Shown here: positions 8,178 to 17,219 of the stretch, piece by piece | Layout: every line of letters starts with the position of its first letter | Position numbering within the stretch: position 1 is the stretch's first letter | Assembly (NCBI RefSeq): GCF_036323395.1 | Contig: NZ_AP028907.1 | Coordinates: forward strand, 1,050,001-1,082,000 | Direction: 5' to 3' | Source: Pyrodictium abyssi | Lineage (GTDB): Archaea; Thermoproteota; Thermoprotei_A; Sulfolobales; Pyrodictiaceae | Length of the DNA: 32,000 nt | Translations under genes and position numbers: made by a program | Notes under the pieces: model-generated | The model's input: the letters and a program-made list of their open reading frames with translations, nothing else | Database searches by the model: none | Told to the model about the DNA's origin: nothing

Positions 8178-8948
8178 CTAGCCGTGGTGTATGCCGAGGA
8201 AGAGCTCCTGGAGGTCACGGCGGGAAAGAATCTCCTGGCCAGAGCCCTCAGCAGCGACACGGCCAGCTACGAGCACGTAGCCGCGGTCAGCAAGCTCCAG
8301 GGCTCGGCGCGCGTGCTGCTCCACTATGAGTATCGAGACCCCGGCCTCCTCGCGTATCTGTTTAAGCGAGTCGAGAAGCTCTATAGCAATCTTCGGCGCG
8401 AGACCCGCAGTAGGCTCGTCGAGTAGCAGCAGCCTCGGCCGGGCCATGAGCGCGCGGCCGACAGCCAGCATCTGGCGCTGGCCACCGCTAAGCGCGCCCG
8501 CCAGGGTCTTGCGGAACTCTCTGAGCACCGGGAAGATGTTGAACACCATCTCCATCGCCTCCCTTATCTTGTTCTCGTCCCTCTCCAGGTAGGCGCCCAT
8601 CTCCAGGTTCTCCTCCACGGTGAGGTCGGGGAACACGTTGTCGGTCTGAGGCACGTAGCCCATGCCTAGCCTCGTCTTAGCCTCCGGCGGCAGCCAGGTC
8701 ACGTCACGGCCCTCAAAGACCACCTTGCCGCCGAACACCTTGGCGACGCCGTATATGGTCTTCAGCAGCGTGCTCTTACCGCTACCGTTAGGCCCGACGA
8801 GCGCCACTATCTCGCCGCGGTCGATGTAAATGCTAACACCCTGTATGATGACCATCTTGCCGTAGCCGCCTACCAGGTCCTCCGTGGACAGTATGGTCGT
8901 GCCCGGCATGCCGCGATACACCCCGCCTAGCCCTCTATGCGGAGCCAA
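8178..8948 (-). CDS. livF: Branched-chain amino acid ABC transporter ATPase, LivF family
   Basis: 256 aa ending at 8178; Walker A GPNGSGKST, signature LSGGQRQMLAVGRALMARPRLLLLDEPTAGLAPK. Confidence 0.9.
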   Translation of the reverse strand: MAPHRGLGGVYRGMPGTTILSTEDLVGGYGKMVIIQGVSIYIDRGEIVALVGPNGSGKSTLLKTIYGVAKVFGGKVVFEGRDVTWLPPEAKTRLGMGYVPQTDNVFPDLTVEENLEMGAYLERDENKIREAMEMVFNIFPVLREFRKTLAGALSGGQRQMLAVGRALMARPRLLLLDEPTAGLAPKIAIELLDSLKQIREEAGVSILIVEQHARRALELADRGYVLVAGRVAAEGSGQEILSRRDLQELFLGIHHG

Positions 8949-9705
8949 GGTAGGCGTCCAACACGCGCGGGTCCTCAGCCACCTTCTCCGGGGGCCCCTC
9001 GACGAGCACCCGGCCCTCGTGCATCACTATGACGCGCTCAACGTGGTTGAATAGCACCTCAAGCCGGTGCTCTATAACGAATATGGTCAGGCCTTCGCTA
9101 TTCAGCTTCTCCAAGAGCTTGAAAATGTCCTGCGCCAGCTTAGGCGCGACGCCAGCGGTGGGCTCGTCGAGGAGAAGGATACGAGCCTCCCCCATCAGAG
9201 CACGGGAGATATCCGTGAGCTTCATCTGGCCACCACTAATCTCCGAGGCACGGTTCAGCGCGACCCGCGTCAACGAGAGCTTCTCAAGCACACCATGCAC
9301 CCGGTCCACAAGGCTCTCCCGCTCCCAGCGGAGCCACTCCCCCCTCCGCAGAAGCGCGGAGAACGGGCCATCGCCCTGCCGGTCGCGGGCAGCAGTAGCA
9401 GCGTTCTCCACCACGGTCATCCCATGCCAGAGCCGGGGCACCTGGAAGCCGCGGACAAGCCCCCGGCGGTAGAGCTCGTACGGCGGTAGCCCGGTAACCT
9501 TCTCGCCGTAGAGGTAGACGTCGCCCCGGTCGGGGTGATAGATACCGGATATCACGTTGAACAGTGTACTCTTACCGCTACCATTAGGGCCTATCAGGCC
9601 GACAAACTCGCCCTCGCGGATAGATATGGAGACACCGTCGAGCGCACGTACACCGCCGAAGTACTTGTAGAGGTCAACCGTCTTGAGCACCTCAACACCC
9701 GCCAA
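8935..9705 (-). CDS. livG: Branched-chain amino acid ABC transporter ATPase, LivG family
   Basis: 256 aa; GPNGSGKSTLFNVISGIYHPDRGDVYLYGEKVTGLPPYE; ISGGQMKLTDISRALMGEARILLLDEPTAGVAPK. Confidence 0.9.
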   Translation of the reverse strand: MAGVEVLKTVDLYKYFGGVRALDGVSISIREGEFVGLIGPNGSGKSTLFNVISGIYHPDRGDVYLYGEKVTGLPPYELYRRGLVRGFQVPRLWHGMTVVENAATAARDRQGDGPFSALLRRGEWLRWERESLVDRVHGVLEKLSLTRVALNRASEISGGQMKLTDISRALMGEARILLLDEPTAGVAPKLAQDIFKLLEKLNSEGLTIFVIEHRLEVLFNHVERVIVMHEGRVLVEGPPEKVAEDPRVLDAYLGSA

Positions 9706-10127
9706 TACGCATCCCTCCTACAAGGATCTTCCTGGAGAGCTACCGGCTGGGCAGCTCTATGGACGCGGATAGCCCCCAGGGCGGGAAGCCCCGGAGGCTA
9801 ACGGGCCATGGATAGTCCCAGCAATGCTACACGGTGCTGGGAGACTATACTACCTCGGGCGAGCCAGCGTGCCCTAAATTAGCCAGATTCATGCCTCGGT
9901 GCCTAAGCCCTAATAAAGGCTCCTCAGTGGAAGCCGGCCGAGTCAATCTAGATACAGCTCGGTAAAATCATTCACAGGCTCCGTTGGCCCCAGGGTACGC
10001 GTGATGCAGCCCTAGAAGAGGGCGTGTATCGCGCAACATGGTGTAGCGGAAAGGCTGGAGAAGCCGGATGGAGCTAAAAACTACCATAGGGCTTCTCGGG
10101 GCTAAAAAGGGAGGTTGGGGCTGCGCC

Positions 10128-11507
10128 TTACTTGTACCACTCTATCTGGCCGGTAGCTGCGTGCCAGATGCCTACCTCCTTGAACTGGCCGTCCTTCACA
10201 GTTACTAGCGCGTAGTCGGCGAACGCGGCGTCACCGTTCTCGTTCAGCATCTTGTGGCCGGTAGCGCCCATGAAGTGGAAGGCCACTGTGGGCAGCACGG
10301 CCTTGATAGCCTGGCCGTCGTACTTGCCGGCGGCTAGTACGCTTAGCATCGCTATCCAGGCGGCGTCATAGGCGTAGTAGGCGTAGGTTGTCGGGTCCTC
10401 GCCGTACTTAGCCTTATAGGCCTCCTCGAAGTGCGCTGTCACAGGGTTCCTGGCTATAGCGGGCTTGGTTACTAGGAGGTTGACCTTCTCCAGGAACTTG
10501 GCTATCTCCGGCTTCTCTAGGAACGTCTTACGGGCCATGCTGTCGGGGCCGAACCAGCGCACCTTGCCTAGCACGTCTATCTTGGACGCCTGCTCTAGTA
10601 TCTTGGTGCCGTCGTCGTCAAAGGCTATTATGAGCACGGCGGTCTTGTCGTCGGCGCCCATCTGCTGTACCTTGACGGCTAGCTGGTTGACCTCGTTGGT
10701 TAGGTCAGGCTTGTCGGGCTGGTAGAGTATCTTCTCCACCTTGCCGCCTAGCTGCTTGAAGGTCTCCTCTACTAGCTTGGCTAGGCCGCTGCCGTAGTCG
10801 TCGTTACGGGCTATTATCACTAGCTTGGTGAAGCCTAGGCTGTGTATTATCTTGGCTAGCGCTGGGCCCTGGACAGTGTCCGGAGGCGCCATCCTGAAGA
10901 CGTAGTCATCCGGGAAGGCGGCGGCAGCACCAGTGCTGCTCGGGCTTATGATGACTATGTGCTGCTCGTTGGCTATGGGCATCACGGCGCGGGTCTCGCT
11001 GGTGGATAGCGGGCCTACCACCACCTGTATACCCTGGCTAGCAAACCTCTTGATCACGTTGACGGCCTCCTGGGGGTCGGTCTTGGTGTCCTCGTGTATC
11101 GGCTTGAACCTGAACGGCGCGCCCGCCCTCTCTAGTAGCTGGTTCATCTCCTCTATGGCTAGTAGCGCGCCCTTGAGGCGGCGCGGACCGTCCACAGCAT
11201 AGCCGCCGCTCACGGCTATGGCGAGGCCTATTGGTATCTCCTTGGGGAGGCCCTCAGCGGTGCCGGTGGCCTGCATGGTCTGCGTAACGGTGGGCGTCGC
11301 GGCCGGTGTAGCGGTGGCTGGCGGCGATACGGTGGCTACCGGCGAGGTAGCCGGGGCGCTTGTAGGCGAGACTGTTGTAGGCGCTGGTGCGGCCTGCTCA
11401 CCGGTCATTGCTAGGTAGCCTATGGCTGCTACAGCGATTAGGGCTATGGCTACACCTATTATACGTGGGTCCATCTTCGCCATGACTCTATCTCCCTCCC
11501 TTCGCAC
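10128..11507 (-). CDS. livK: ABC transporter substrate-binding protein, LivK-like periplasmic-binding fold type I
   Basis: 459 aa; N-terminal hydrophobic anchor then Thr/Ser/Pro-rich linker, then GLPKEIPIGLAIAVSGGYAVDGPRRLKGALLAIEEMNQLL...VVGPLSTSETRAVMPIANEQHIVIISPSSTGAAAAFPDDYVFRMAPPD. Confidence 0.88.
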   Translation of the reverse strand: MRREGDRVMAKMDPRIIGVAIALIAVAAIGYLAMTGEQAAPAPTTVSPTSAPATSPVATVSPPATATPAATPTVTQTMQATGTAEGLPKEIPIGLAIAVSGGYAVDGPRRLKGALLAIEEMNQLLERAGAPFRFKPIHEDTKTDPQEAVNVIKRFASQGIQVVVGPLSTSETRAVMPIANEQHIVIISPSSTGAAAAFPDDYVFRMAPPDTVQGPALAKIIHSLGFTKLVIIARNDDYGSGLAKLVEETFKQLGGKVEKILYQPDKPDLTNEVNQLAVKVQQMGADDKTAVLIIAFDDDGTKILEQASKIDVLGKVRWFGPDSMARKTFLEKPEIAKFLEKVNLLVTKPAIARNPVTAHFEEAYKAKYGEDPTTYAYYAYDAAWIAMLSVLAAGKYDGQAIKAVLPTVAFHFMGATGHKMLNENGDAAFADYALVTVKDGQFKEVGIWHAATGQIEWYK

Positions 11508-11682
11508 ACCTTGTTACCTAACATGCGTGTAGAGGGCCCAGCCCCTGCCCAACACAGCCCAAAGGGCTAGGACCACAGAGGGTCATGGGGTTGCAGCGAA
11601 CCCCGCCGGGCAGGGAGTAGGTAGCTGTAGAGGGGCGGGCCCTCTCTAGGACTGCGCCGGGCCACACAACCCTACCAATAGG

Positions 11683-11696
11683 TATAAAAGCTTTTT
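11683..11696 (-). promoter_or_regulatory. Candidate BRE/TATA element for the livK transcript
   Basis: Minus strand reads AAAAAGCTTTTATACC (plus strand GGTATAAAAGCTTTTT), a good archaeal box A. It implies a leader of about 150 nt before the ORF start at 11507. Confidence 0.5.
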
Positions 11697-11890
11697 GACA
11701 AGTTGAATAATGCTGATAACACCTCTACTAAACACTACCACAGCTTATCTGTTATCACAGCTACATAACGCGTAGTGGCGCTGAAGAATATGACGACGCG
11801 TACATGGGCGGCCGGGAGCTGGCAGCGTGTGGGTAAAAACACCACGGGCCAGCGGCGCGGGCCTCTACGGGCCCGGTGGAGGAGCCCCGG

Positions 11891-13000
11891 CTAGAGCCTG
11901 GAGTGCAGCTGGGCCTCGACCGTGTCTAGGAACCGTAGCCTCTTGGGTATCGGCGGGTGGTCGCTCAGCACCTCCTGGACCGGGTCCACCTCAGCCCGCT
12001 TCAGCTGCTCGACTATCGCGTCTATGCTGCCGCTGCCCCGGTAGCCCCAGCCGCCGCTGTAGAACGGGCTCGCAGCAGCCTCCACGAGCGCGTATATGAA
12101 GAGCGCCTTGATGCTGCTCCTCTCCACTAGCTCGCGGGCCCCGGTGCCCTGGTAGTAGATGTGTATCCTCGCCAGAGCCCTCTGCATAGCCCTGGCCCCG
12201 GCTACCTGGGCGCCGTGGGCGTCGGCGTAGTACTCGCGTAGCCTGCTGAAAGCCAGCACAGCCACCTGCATGATGAAGCTCAGCACTATGCCTAGCAGGC
12301 CTAGCGCTGCCAGGTATACGCCACCGCCGCCCTCACGGTCGCGGCGCTCGCTAGCGCCGCTCCAGAGCCCTATGCGGAGTAGCCAGACGCCGAGGTAGTA
12401 GAGTATGCTGGGCACTAGCCCCAGCAGCATGATGATGACCACGTCGCGGTGCCTGTGGTGCCCGAGCTCGTGCCCCACTACGGCGAGCAGCTCGTCGCGG
12501 GGCAGCATCTCGTAGAGGCTCCTCGTCACGGCCACGTAGCGGCCCGCCAGGAAGTTGCCGTACGCGAACGCGTTCGGCGGCCCCTCGACTAGGACAGCCT
12601 TCGGGGGCTTAACGCCAGCCCTCGCGGCGGCCTCGTTGACTATCTCCTGGAGCTCTGGGCTAGGCCGGGCGCCGTAAGCCATGTTTATCATGAAGGGGGC
12701 GAAGAGGTAGCTCAGCAGGTTAGCGACGACTATGAACGCTACCATGGCGCCTATGGGTAGCTGGTAGCCGGCACTAGCGGCGGCGGAGTAGAGCCCGTAG
12801 ATGGCGAGGATACCGCCCCCGACTATGAGGCCGGCTGTCAGCAGCATAGCCGTGTAGAGGCTCATCCTGCCCGAGAGCGTGGCCGCTACGCGCGGCGCTA
12901 CCTTGGCGGCTAGCAGCTGGAGCACCAGGAAGCCCAGAGCATAGGCTATGGTCAGGGCGAGAAGCGTAACCGGGTCGTAGAACCACATAAGCCCTATCAT
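11891..13000 (-). CDS. htpX: M48-family membrane zinc metalloprotease (HtpX-like)
   Basis: 369 aa; HELGH zinc-binding motif in LLAVVGHELGHHRHRDVV, REYYADAHGA downstream Glu motif, N-terminal transmembrane segments, C-terminal DHPPIPKRLRFLD. Confidence 0.88.
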   Translation of the reverse strand: MIGLMWFYDPVTLLALTIAYALGFLVLQLLAAKVAPRVAATLSGRMSLYTAMLLTAGLIVGGGILAIYGLYSAAASAGYQLPIGAMVAFIVVANLLSYLFAPFMINMAYGARPSPELQEIVNEAAARAGVKPPKAVLVEGPPNAFAYGNFLAGRYVAVTRSLYEMLPRDELLAVVGHELGHHRHRDVVIIMLLGLVPSILYYLGVWLLRIGLWSGASERRDREGGGGVYLAALGLLGIVLSFIMQVAVLAFSRLREYYADAHGAQVAGARAMQRALARIHIYYQGTGARELVERSSIKALFIYALVEAAASPFYSGGWGYRGSGSIDAIVEQLKRAEVDPVQEVLSDHPPIPKRLRFLDTVEAQLHSRL

Positions 13001-13102
13001 GGCGCTCTACACCTCTCCACTAGGGCTGGGCTCACGTCTCCACCAGTTCCGTGGCCTCGTCTACCCCTAGCTACTTGGCTCTACGTCTACCCGGACAGCC
13101 CC

Positions 13103-14314
13103 TTATAGCCTCACCTCGTGCCGGGAGCTGGAGGCCCTCACAGTCCTACCAGCGACGGCTAGCGCCAGCCCCCCGGCGGCCACGGCGGCGAGAGCGGCGG
13201 CTCCGTACGCGGAGCTGTAGCCAGCGCTGCCAGCCACCTCGGATAGCGCGAAGAGCCCCAGAGTGCCGCCCAGGTCGAAGCCCAGCGTGTAGAGGCTCGC
13301 AGCCCGGTTACCCGCGCCACGGGGCACCGACATGCTCGCCAGCATCTGCTCGCCTGGTATCGACGTGCCGGAGCCGAGCCCGTAGAGCAGAGCAGCAGCG
13401 TAGACGAGCGGCAGCACCGGGTACTCGGCGAGCAGTGTGAAGCCGAGAGCCTCCAGGGAGAAGCCTAGCGCGAGCATACGGCGGGGCCCTAGGCGGGCGT
13501 AGACGTGGCTAGAGAGCCCCCGGGCTATGAGGCCCGATGCTGCGGCGATGCTCTGGAACGCCCCCGATACCGAGGCGCCGTAGCCCAGGTCGCGGAGCTG
13601 CATCTGGGAGAGAGACTGCACCGCGAAGAACGCCATACCGTCGACCAGAGCCAGGGCTATAGACACAGCAACGCCGAGCGTCAAGACGCCACGCAGGCCT
13701 ACGCCCCTCGCCCCAGCCCTCTGCACTGGCGCGCCCGGGATGCGGGCAGCGGCTAGAGCAGCGGCCAGCCCCGTGGCAGCGGTGAAGGCGAACACCGCGT
13801 GGTAGCCAGCGAGGTCCGCTACGACCCCAGCTACCAGGGGGCCCAGTATTAGGGCGGCGGAGACCGCTACAGCCCGCATCGAGATAGCCCTGGCCACCAT
13901 GCGGCCTCCGAGCGCGGCCGCAGCCGCTATAGACGGGGCCACGAAGAACGCTAAGGCAAGCCCCTGAAGCACACGCACAACAGTCACAGCGGCGACACTG
14001 GTAGCGTATAGCGCCGAGACCCCGGCAGCGGCGGCAGCAAGGGAGCCCGCCACAAGGAAGCCACGCGCCCCTACGCGGTCAGCCGCTATGCCCACGGGGA
14101 GCCGGAGGAGCGCAGCAACCAGCGGGGTGACCGCGTAGACCTGGCCCGAGGCCGCTACATCGGTCCCCAGGTCCCTCATATACCTGGATATGACCGAGCT
14201 AGTAGCAGACATGGAGATGAAGAACAGCAGCGTGGAGGCTAGTAGTGCGTAGAGCCCGGCCACCCCTATACAGCCCGGGACAACCACTCCACAGACCAGT
14301 GAACAATTAAGCAT
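13103..14314 (-). CDS. Major facilitator superfamily transporter
   Basis: 403 aa, about 12 hydrophobic segments; GIAADRVGARGFLVAGSLAAAAAGVSAL motif A-like loop. Confidence 0.82.
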   Translation of the reverse strand: MLNCSLVCGVVVPGCIGVAGLYALLASTLLFFISMSATSSVISRYMRDLGTDVAASGQVYAVTPLVAALLRLPVGIAADRVGARGFLVAGSLAAAAAGVSALYATSVAAVTVVRVLQGLALAFFVAPSIAAAAALGGRMVARAISMRAVAVSAALILGPLVAGVVADLAGYHAVFAFTAATGLAAALAAARIPGAPVQRAGARGVGLRGVLTLGVAVSIALALVDGMAFFAVQSLSQMQLRDLGYGASVSGAFQSIAAASGLIARGLSSHVYARLGPRRMLALGFSLEALGFTLLAEYPVLPLVYAAALLYGLGSGTSIPGEQMLASMSVPRGAGNRAASLYTLGFDLGGTLGLFALSEVAGSAGYSSAYGAAALAAVAAGGLALAVAGRTVRASSSRHEVRL

Positions 14315-14489
14315 ACTGTAGAAGGTGGTCTAGCCGGGGGAAACCTGTACAATCCATGATTTAGAAACTGCTCCATGCAGTAAATAGGGAGGCACAACGC
14401 CAGGTACAGGGCAGCGGGGCTAAGCAGAGACGTAAAACCGGGGTAGAAAACACCGGGGCTCTGCACCGTCAAAGAGTGTGCACTACCCT

Positions 14490-15374
14490 CTAGGAGCTAT
14501 ACCTGGCCACGGCCTCGGCCTCCCTGAGCGCACGCCGCTCAAGTCCACGCTTCTTGCCAAGAGTTATCGCTATGTGCATCGGCAGGTATAGGCTGAAGCC
14601 TATCAGCAGCATACCGAGGCCACTGGGGTCCGGCGATATTATGGCACCGAGTATCATCGAGCCAAGGAATATGTACTTCATCGCATCCTTCCCGAACATC
14701 TCCGGATCTACTATGCCGTACGCGAGGAGCATGTAGAGCATCACTGGTAGCTCGAAGAGCAGGCCAAAGGCCAGCGCAAGCTTCAGCACAAACCCCACTA
14801 TCGAGCTTATCCTCACAGCCATTATGAAGCCGTAGTCCGCCGGCACTAGCGGCGGGTAGAGCTTCAGCATCATAGTGACTATGAGTGGCGCAGCTATGTA
14901 TATGGCGAAGAACACGCCGAAGAGGAACGACAGGACGAACAACACTATAAACTTCTTGGCGAAGGCCTTCTCGTGCGGGTAAAGCGCGGGCTCAATATAG
15001 GCCCATATCTCCCTAGCAGCGATAGGGGCAGAGCCTATAGCACCTAGGAGTAGAACAGCCTGCATCATTATCTGTATCGACTCGAACTCCGTGGACGGCA
15101 GTATAGTTATGTTGTAGACGTGGCCGTCGAGAGCCTTAATCTGCTTCGGCACTGTATGCGCGAAGATAAGCGCCGGGAGCTTGGTTATGAGAGGTACGTA
15201 GAGCATTCCACCGCTTCCAGCGGGTATAAGCGATAGTATCACGGCAGCCATTATGAACGCTATCACTATCCTACGCAGCCTTATAATCAGCTCCTCTATG
15301 TGCTCCCATAGCGAGGCCTCCTTGTCGCTAGGCGGCGTAGCTGCAGCCATGGCCCCACCTAACCCCTTGAGCAC
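14490..15374 (-). CDS. tatC: Twin-arginine translocase subunit TatC
   Basis: 294 aa; LWEHIEELIIRLRRIVIAFIMAAVI; PLIVTMMLKLYPPLV; FGLLFELPVMLYMLLAYGIV; IFLGSMILGAIISPDPSGLGMLLIGFSLYLPMHIAI. Confidence 0.9.
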   Translation of the reverse strand: MLKGLGGAMAAATPPSDKEASLWEHIEELIIRLRRIVIAFIMAAVILSLIPAGSGGMLYVPLITKLPALIFAHTVPKQIKALDGHVYNITILPSTEFESIQIMMQAVLLLGAIGSAPIAAREIWAYIEPALYPHEKAFAKKFIVLFVLSFLFGVFFAIYIAAPLIVTMMLKLYPPLVPADYGFIMAVRISSIVGFVLKLALAFGLLFELPVMLYMLLAYGIVDPEMFGKDAMKYIFLGSMILGAIISPDPSGLGMLLIGFSLYLPMHIAITLGKKRGLERRALREAEAVARYSS

Positions 15375-15613
15375 CGTTGCTCAGCAGTGTACACGGCCCC
15401 TCTATTACGTGGCCCGCCTGGAAGACCAGCCGCGCCTCCGGGCCCACCGGTGGGCCTCAGGGCAATCATGCGGCTCAGCCCAGGGCCCGCTGGACGGCGT
15501 ACAGTCACCGGTGCCTAGAGCAGGCTCCATGGATACCGTGTGGGAGGGCTGGAGAAGAGTGCGCAACAAAAGCCTCGCATAGCCAGGGGTCTACCTTGCC
15601 CTATCCCTCGCCC

Positions 15614-15976
15614 CTAGTTTGACTTGGCGGACTTGGATTGCTCGGCCTCGACCTTTATCTCGTCGAGAAGGCCCTTCTTCTTGGCCTCGTTTATTATCTC
15701 GACTATGAGGTCGTCGCGCTTCTTCTTCTCAGCGTCCTTTACGCCGAGCTTCTCAGCCAGCTTACGAAGGGTCTCCTCGTCCACGCCTTGTAGGCTCCTA
15801 GCGGTCTCGGACTGGGACTTGCTGAGGTCCTCTACGACGCCCTGGCTGGCGCGGCGGAACTCGTAGAGCGCCTGGCCGAGGCCCCTGGCGAGCTGCGGCA
15901 GCTTCGTCGGACCGAATATCAGAAGGACTATGAGGAGGATTATTACCCACTCCATGCCCTGAAACTGGGGGAGCAT
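15614..15976 (-). CDS. tatA: Sec-independent translocase subunit TatA/B
   Basis: 120 aa; EWVIILLIVLLIFGPTKLPQLARGLGQALYEFRRASQG then charged amphipathic tail. Confidence 0.9.
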   Translation of the reverse strand: MLPQFQGMEWVIILLIVLLIFGPTKLPQLARGLGQALYEFRRASQGVVEDLSKSQSETARSLQGVDEETLRKLAEKLGVKDAEKKKRDDLIVEIINEAKKKGLLDEIKVEAEQSKSAKSN

Positions 15977-16030
15977 GCTGAACCACTTCCCCTTTCTTGC
16001 GCCCGGAGAATCATGCTAGACGCTGCCCCA

Positions 16031-16042
16031 CTATATTAACCC
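16031..16042 (-). promoter_or_regulatory. Candidate TATA element for tatA
   Basis: Minus strand GGGTTAATATAGTGG; box centre about 60 nt upstream of the tatA start at 15976. Confidence 0.35.
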
Positions 16043-16115
16043 TTTGCCCGAGGTCTATCAAGGCCTTACCACACTCTAGAGGCGGCTGGATGAGCGGCAT
16101 CTAGGCATCTCCTTC

Positions 16116-17219
16116 ATGGCCCGAAGGGGGCGTAATTTTCTAGGGAAAACACTATGTATCTCTGTAGCATCGTATACATTGCGCGGCTCCCGGTGTCAGC
16201 CTCTCGCCCCGGCTGCCGCAGTGCACCCCCGCCCTGAGGTGAGCCTCTTGGCTATAGTAGCGCTTAACGGCCTTCCGCTCGACGGCTCGGGCGCCGACGA
16301 CGGGCCGAGGGAAATAGAGGCCTACTCGCGGCTCATAGCGATGGCTGTCGTGGGGGTCGAGGAGGCCGTTGGCAGCGGGGTTACCGGCGGGTTCGCGAAC
16401 CTCCTCGCCCGGGAGATAATGGCGAAGTACAAGCCCCCAGAGGGGGACCTCCGCTCTGCCCTCGAGTGGCTCGGCAGGAACACTGTGTTCCGTGTAGACA
16501 CCTACCGTGTTGGGGGCCGTCTCTGCCGCGACGAGGGGGGCGAGAAGGCCTTTTACCTCATAGCCCGCGAGTGTCCTGTCCGCCAGATACTCTACCTCGA
16601 GGACCTCCCGGCGGGCCGCACGCTCTGCAGGATAATGTGCAGCTACCTGGAGAGGCTGTTCGCCGAGAGGCTTGGCGGCCGCTACCGGGTAAAGCTCGCC
16701 CGTACGGGACCCAACGCGTGCCTCCTACGCGGCGTAGTGGTCTCCGGAAACCCGCCGCCCGACGACCTAGAGGTCCGCACTGAGCCGCCGAGCCGCGAGG
16801 AGTACGTGAAGCTCCTCCACGAGATGCTCTCAGCCATACTCCGTGGGCTCTCCCGCGCCCTCTACCTCACCCTTGGCAGCAACCCGGCTATGAGCTACCG
16901 GGCTGGCAAGAGCTACGGCCGCCACCTCGGCGCAATGATCCTTGCTGAGGGCTACGAGGCTTCGAGCCTAGAGGAGGCTGTGGAGATACTAAACGAGGGC
17001 CTACAGGGGATGGTGAAGACCCGGCTAGAGGGCGACAAGCTGTTCCTAGAGTGGAGCTGGTTCCACGACATAGTTGAGAAGGAGGGGATAGAGCACCCCG
17101 AGTTCATACACCGCCTGGTCCAGGGCTTCATAGCGGGCATCCTCGAGATGCTCCTAGGCCGGCGTATCGAGCTCCGCTCAACCCAGGAGCAGAACGTCTA
17201 CCGGGTGATGCAGCTGTGA
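16116..17219 (+). CDS. Uncharacterised hydrogenase-locus protein with conserved-looking cysteines; start probably downstream
   Basis: 367 aa longest ORF; GTGA overlap with the hydrogenase small subunit. GAGGTG at 16236-16241 precedes an in-frame TTG at 16248 (MAIVALNGLPLDG...). Contains C-X17-C-X3-C-X26-C. Confidence 0.75.
   Translation: MARRGRNFLGKTLCISVASYTLRGSRCQPLAPAAAVHPRPEVSLLAIVALNGLPLDGSGADDGPREIEAYSRLIAMAVVGVEEAVGSGVTGGFANLLAREIMAKYKPPEGDLRSALEWLGRNTVFRVDTYRVGGRLCRDEGGEKAFYLIARECPVRQILYLEDLPAGRTLCRIMCSYLERLFAERLGGRYRVKLARTGPNACLLRGVVVSGNPPPDDLEVRTEPPSREEYVKLLHEMLSAILRGLSRALYLTLGSNPAMSYRAGKSYGRHLGAMILAEGYEASSLEEAVEILNEGLQGMVKTRLEGDKLFLEWSWFHDIVEKEGIEHPEFIHRLVQGFIAGILEMLLGRRIELRSTQEQNVYRVMQL

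Noticed and set aside
13103-14314. MFS transporter as part of a secondary metabolite or defence locus
   Set aside because: Flanked by unrelated housekeeping genes (M48 protease, tatC) with no supporting neighbours.
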